Assembly (NCBI GenBank): GCA_046091825.1
Contig: JBJTCK010000105.1
Location: 4,251 to 68,250 of the forward strand
Source of the DNA: Actinomycetota bacterium
Lineage (GTDB): Bacteria > Actinomycetota > Acidimicrobiia > Acidimicrobiales > Ilumatobacteraceae
Reading direction: 5' to 3'
Length of the DNA: 64,000 bases
A program made the translations under genes and the position numbers. Under the pieces are notes generated by a model, which had not been told where the DNA came from, did no database searches, and saw nothing but the letters and a program-made list of their open reading frames with translations. Positions 62,026 to 64,000 of this stretch are shown one piece after another (position 1 is the stretch's first letter; the number at the start of each line of letters is the position of its first letter).

Positions 62026-62043
62026 GGGGACTACGGTACTGGC

Positions 62044-62958
62044 ATGCCCGAAGAAGCGTCCTTCCGCCCCGCACTCTCGATCGTCGCCACCGCCGGCAAG
62101 CGGCGCGCGATGCTGGACATCGCGAGAGAGGCCGAGTCCCGCGGCTTCTCGGGCATCGCGTGCCCGAGCCTGGGGGGCACGATGGGACTGTGCGTGTCGC
62201 TCGCGCACGAGACGTCGACCATCCCCTACTGGACGTCCATCCAGCCGATCTACTACAGCCACCCCGTCGAGGCCGCCAACACCGCCGCCCACATCCACGA
62301 GGTGTCGGGCGGCAGGTTCCGGTTCGGCATCGGCGTGAGCCACGGGCCGGTCACATCACGGCTCGGGGTCGAGACGGGCAAGCCCCTCTCGGACATCCGT
62401 CACTACGTGGAGGCGATGCGCGCGAACGAGAGGTTCGGCGGGCCGCTGCCGCCGGTCTACCTGGCGACGCTGCGAAACAAGATGCTGGAGCTCGCCGCCG
62501 AGGTCTCCGAGGGGGCTGTCTGGGCGAACGCGTCGCTCAGCCACATGTCCGCCCAGCTCGACCAGGTCCCGGCCGCGCGCACGAAGGAGGGGTTCTTCAT
62601 GGCGAACATGGTCCCCACCGTGATCGACGACGATGTCGAGGCCGCCCGTGCGGTCAACCGCAAGACCCTGACCGGCTACGTGTCACTGCCGAACTACCGC
62701 AACTACTGGCGTGCTGCCGGGTACGTCGAGGAGATGGACGCCATCGAGGCGGCGATCGACGCTGGCGACAGGGACAAGGTCACCGCGCTCATGTCGGACG
62801 CATGGCTGGACGACTGCACCGTCAGCGGCCCTGCGGGGCGCGTGCGCGACAGGCTTTCCGAATGGGCCGCGACCGGCGTGCACCCGATCGCCGTGATGTC
62901 CTCCACCTCCGGGGGCCAGGCCAAGGCGATCGGAGAGCTGTTCGCCGCCTACAGCTGA
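62044..62958 (+). CDS. LLM-class (luciferase-like) flavin/F420-dependent oxidoreductase
   Basis: Trimmed from ORF 60709..62958 to ATG 62044. 304 aa with RGFSGIACPSLGGTMG, GGRFRFGIGVSHGP and WANASLSH. The preceding 445 codons are antisense to pimA. Confidence 0.7.
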   Translation: MPEEASFRPALSIVATAGKRRAMLDIAREAESRGFSGIACPSLGGTMGLCVSLAHETSTIPYWTSIQPIYYSHPVEAANTAAHIHEVSGGRFRFGIGVSHGPVTSRLGVETGKPLSDIRHYVEAMRANERFGGPLPPVYLATLRNKMLELAAEVSEGAVWANASLSHMSAQLDQVPAARTKEGFFMANMVPTVIDDDVEAARAVNRKTLTGYVSLPNYRNYWRAAGYVEEMDAIEAAIDAGDRDKVTALMSDAWLDDCTVSGPAGRVRDRLSEWAATGVHPIAVMSSTSGGQAKAIGELFAAYS

Positions 62959-63098
62959 GCGGGGAGGTCCTCCACCCGAGCCTTGATCTCGTCACGGATC
63001 AACCGGACCTCCCCGATGGGTCTCGCCTTCGGGTCATCCAGCGGCCGGTCCACGTAGCGTTTCCCCGGCACGAATGGGCACGTGTCCCCGCACCCCAT
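62949..63098 (-). pseudogene. arsC: C-terminal fragment of LMW-PTP-type arsenate reductase ArsC
   Basis: My own translation is MGCGDTCPFVPGKRYVDRPLDDPKARPIGEVRLIRDEIKARVEDLPAQL*. It is below the track length cut-off. It resembles the last third of Trx/mycoredoxin-type ArsC, and no CX5R P-loop part exists in any frame. It is in frame with the MIP gene across TGA 63105-63107. Confidence 0.65.
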
Positions 63099-63104
63099 GG
63101 GGCA

Positions 63105-63758
63105 TCAGTCCCGCCCGTCGAAGAGGACTCTCGTGAGAGCAAGTGCGGCCGCACCGCCGGTGACCTGCATCACCACGAACATCGGCACGGAACCGGGCGA
63201 GATGCCGGCGAAGGAGTCGGAGAACATGCGCCCGAACGCGACAGCTGGGTTGGCGATGCTGGTCGACGAGGTGAACCAGTAGGCACTCGTGATCCAGCCC
63301 GCCACCAGTGCCGCGACGTTGGCTCTGGCCTTCAGACCCCCGCGGATGATGAGCACGAGCCCGACGACCGCAACGGCCTCAGAGAACCACTGCGGGCCGC
63401 CCGTGCGGATCTTCGTGGACGTCTCCAGCCACGGCCGGGCGAACATGGCGTTCGCTACCCAGCACCCGGTGACGGCACCGGCACACTGCGCAGATATGTC
63501 CGCCGCGAGCCGGGACACGGAACCCCCGCCGTCGAGCACATGGCCAATCACCGACACGACTGGGTTGAAGGACGCGCCCGACACCGACCCGAGGACGGTG
63601 ATCAACCCGAACAGCGCGCCGCCCGTTGCCACCGCGTTCGCGAGCAGCTGGATGCCGACGTCACCGGAGAGATTGGTGGCCATGATGCCCGACCCGACGA
63701 CCGCCATGACCAGCAGCGCGGTGCCGAGGAACTCGGCGAGGTGCCGCCTCAGCAGCAT
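63105..63758 (-). CDS. MIP-family channel (aquaporin/aquaglyceroporin-like, ars-associated type)
   Basis: Trimmed from ORF 63105..63923 to ATG 63756-63758 (MLLRRHLAEFLGTALLV..). Six TM segments and two NPx boxes (SFNPVVS, IANPAVA). Confidence 0.85.
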   Translation of the reverse strand: MLLRRHLAEFLGTALLVMAVVGSGIMATNLSGDVGIQLLANAVATGGALFGLITVLGSVSGASFNPVVSVIGHVLDGGGSVSRLAADISAQCAGAVTGCWVANAMFARPWLETSTKIRTGGPQWFSEAVAVVGLVLIIRGGLKARANVAALVAGWITSAYWFTSSTSIANPAVAFGRMFSDSFAGISPGSVPMFVVMQVTGGAAALALTRVLFDGRD

Positions 63759-64000
63759 CCGCCGGGACCGCAGGCGTTGCCGCCGCCCTCGGCCATGATG
63801 ACGGGCTTTGCCCCGAGCCGGACGAGCGACGTGTCGTTCGGAGCGTCCTCCAGGACCGTGTACCACTCCCACGGGATCTCGCCGTCGTTGATCCACACCT
63901 TGTCCTGCACGGAGAAACAGCACGTGGTCTCGTCCTGCACGGTGATGTCAAAGCCGAGCTCGCGCGACTGCTCGATCTTGGCCGCGACATCGTCGGTCGA
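63749..64000 (-). CDS. Cys-rich hypothetical protein, C-terminal part (runs off window end)
   Basis: The frame is open to position 64000: ..STDDVAAKIEQSRELGFDITVQDETTCCFSVQDKVWINDGEIPWEWY..GGGNACGPGGCC*. It has CC and C-terminal CxxxxCC motifs and overlaps the MIP start by 10 nt. It is possibly DUF2703/ArsD-like, which I cannot confirm. Confidence 0.5.
   Translation of the reverse strand, partial: STDDVAAKIEQSRELGFDITVQDETTCCFSVQDKVWINDGEIPWEWYTVLEDAPNDTSLVRLGAKPVIMAEGGGNACGPGGCC

Noticed and set aside
60709-62043. First 445 codons of the 749-aa plus-strand ORF 60709..62958
   Set aside because: This part is antisense to the PimA-like gene and crosses the octamer repeat. Only the last 304 codons (from ATG 62044) look like a real LLM oxidoreductase.
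63105-63107. TGA between the MIP channel and the ArsC fragment as selenocysteine or programmed readthrough
   Set aside because: I could not find a convincing SECIS-like hairpin downstream (only a CCCCAUGGGG palindrome with an impossible 2-nt loop). The catalytic part of ArsC is missing anyway, so gene decay is the more economical explanation. It remains an alternative in the corresponding finding.

Overview
Very GC-rich window with Actinomycetota-type content (mihF, PimA-like GT4, DUF1844, ARG and Cheo-type SOS boxes). It is almost wholly core housekeeping. About 58 of 62 protein genes lie on the minus strand, tightly packed, with many 4-nt stop/start overlaps (ATGA, GTGA and two CTGA). Gene order on the minus strand, from high to low coordinates: an ars-like corner (Cys-rich ORF, MIP channel, ArsC remnant), pimA-like, lemA, htpX, DUF3048 lipoprotein, pdxS, pdxT, yebC-family, bcp, ruvCAB, queA, tgt, yajC, secDF, rel, hisS, aspS, rarA, alaS, ruvX, mltG, aroE, aroC, aroK, aroB, aroQ, pepP-like, efp, nusB, DUF2079, pyrR, pyrB, pyrC, carAB, pyrD, mihF, gmk, rpoZ, coaBC, metK, priA, def, fmt, mogA-like, hisG, CSD protein, infC, rpmI, rplT, trmH-family, pheST, argCBDFR, argH. 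Four plus-strand genes sit at divergent junctions: YqgE/AlgH-like, DUF1844-like, a SAM methyltransferase and an LLM oxidoreductase. Most long plus-strand and alternate-frame ORFs in the track are high-GC artefacts, and many minus-strand calls carry spurious N-terminal extensions that I trimmed. I saw no rRNA, tRNA, CRISPR, transposase, integrase or defence-like gene, and no convincing novel multi-gene system. What deserves a second look is small-scale: (1) an ArsC C-terminal fragment in frame right behind the TGA stop of a MIP channel gene; (2) nine to ten tandem 8-nt repeats (mRNA sense GGAGACCG) filling the pimA-lemA gap; (3) two genes (trmH-family, priA) whose conserved N-termini lie upstream of any ATG/GTG/TTG and point to CTG starts in CTGA overlaps; (4) a pyrR leader with a PyrR-box-like hairpin, antiterminator/terminator and a 27-codon uORF ending in a GTGA overlap with pyrR; (5) a tandem triplication of the mogA 3' end that creates hairpins; (6) operators (ARG boxes, SOS box) and overlapping divergent promoters of leaderless type; (7) genes missing from otherwise conserved clusters (argJ, argG, pyrF, pyrK, apt). 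All product calls rest on reading the translations and recalling family signatures. No database search was run.
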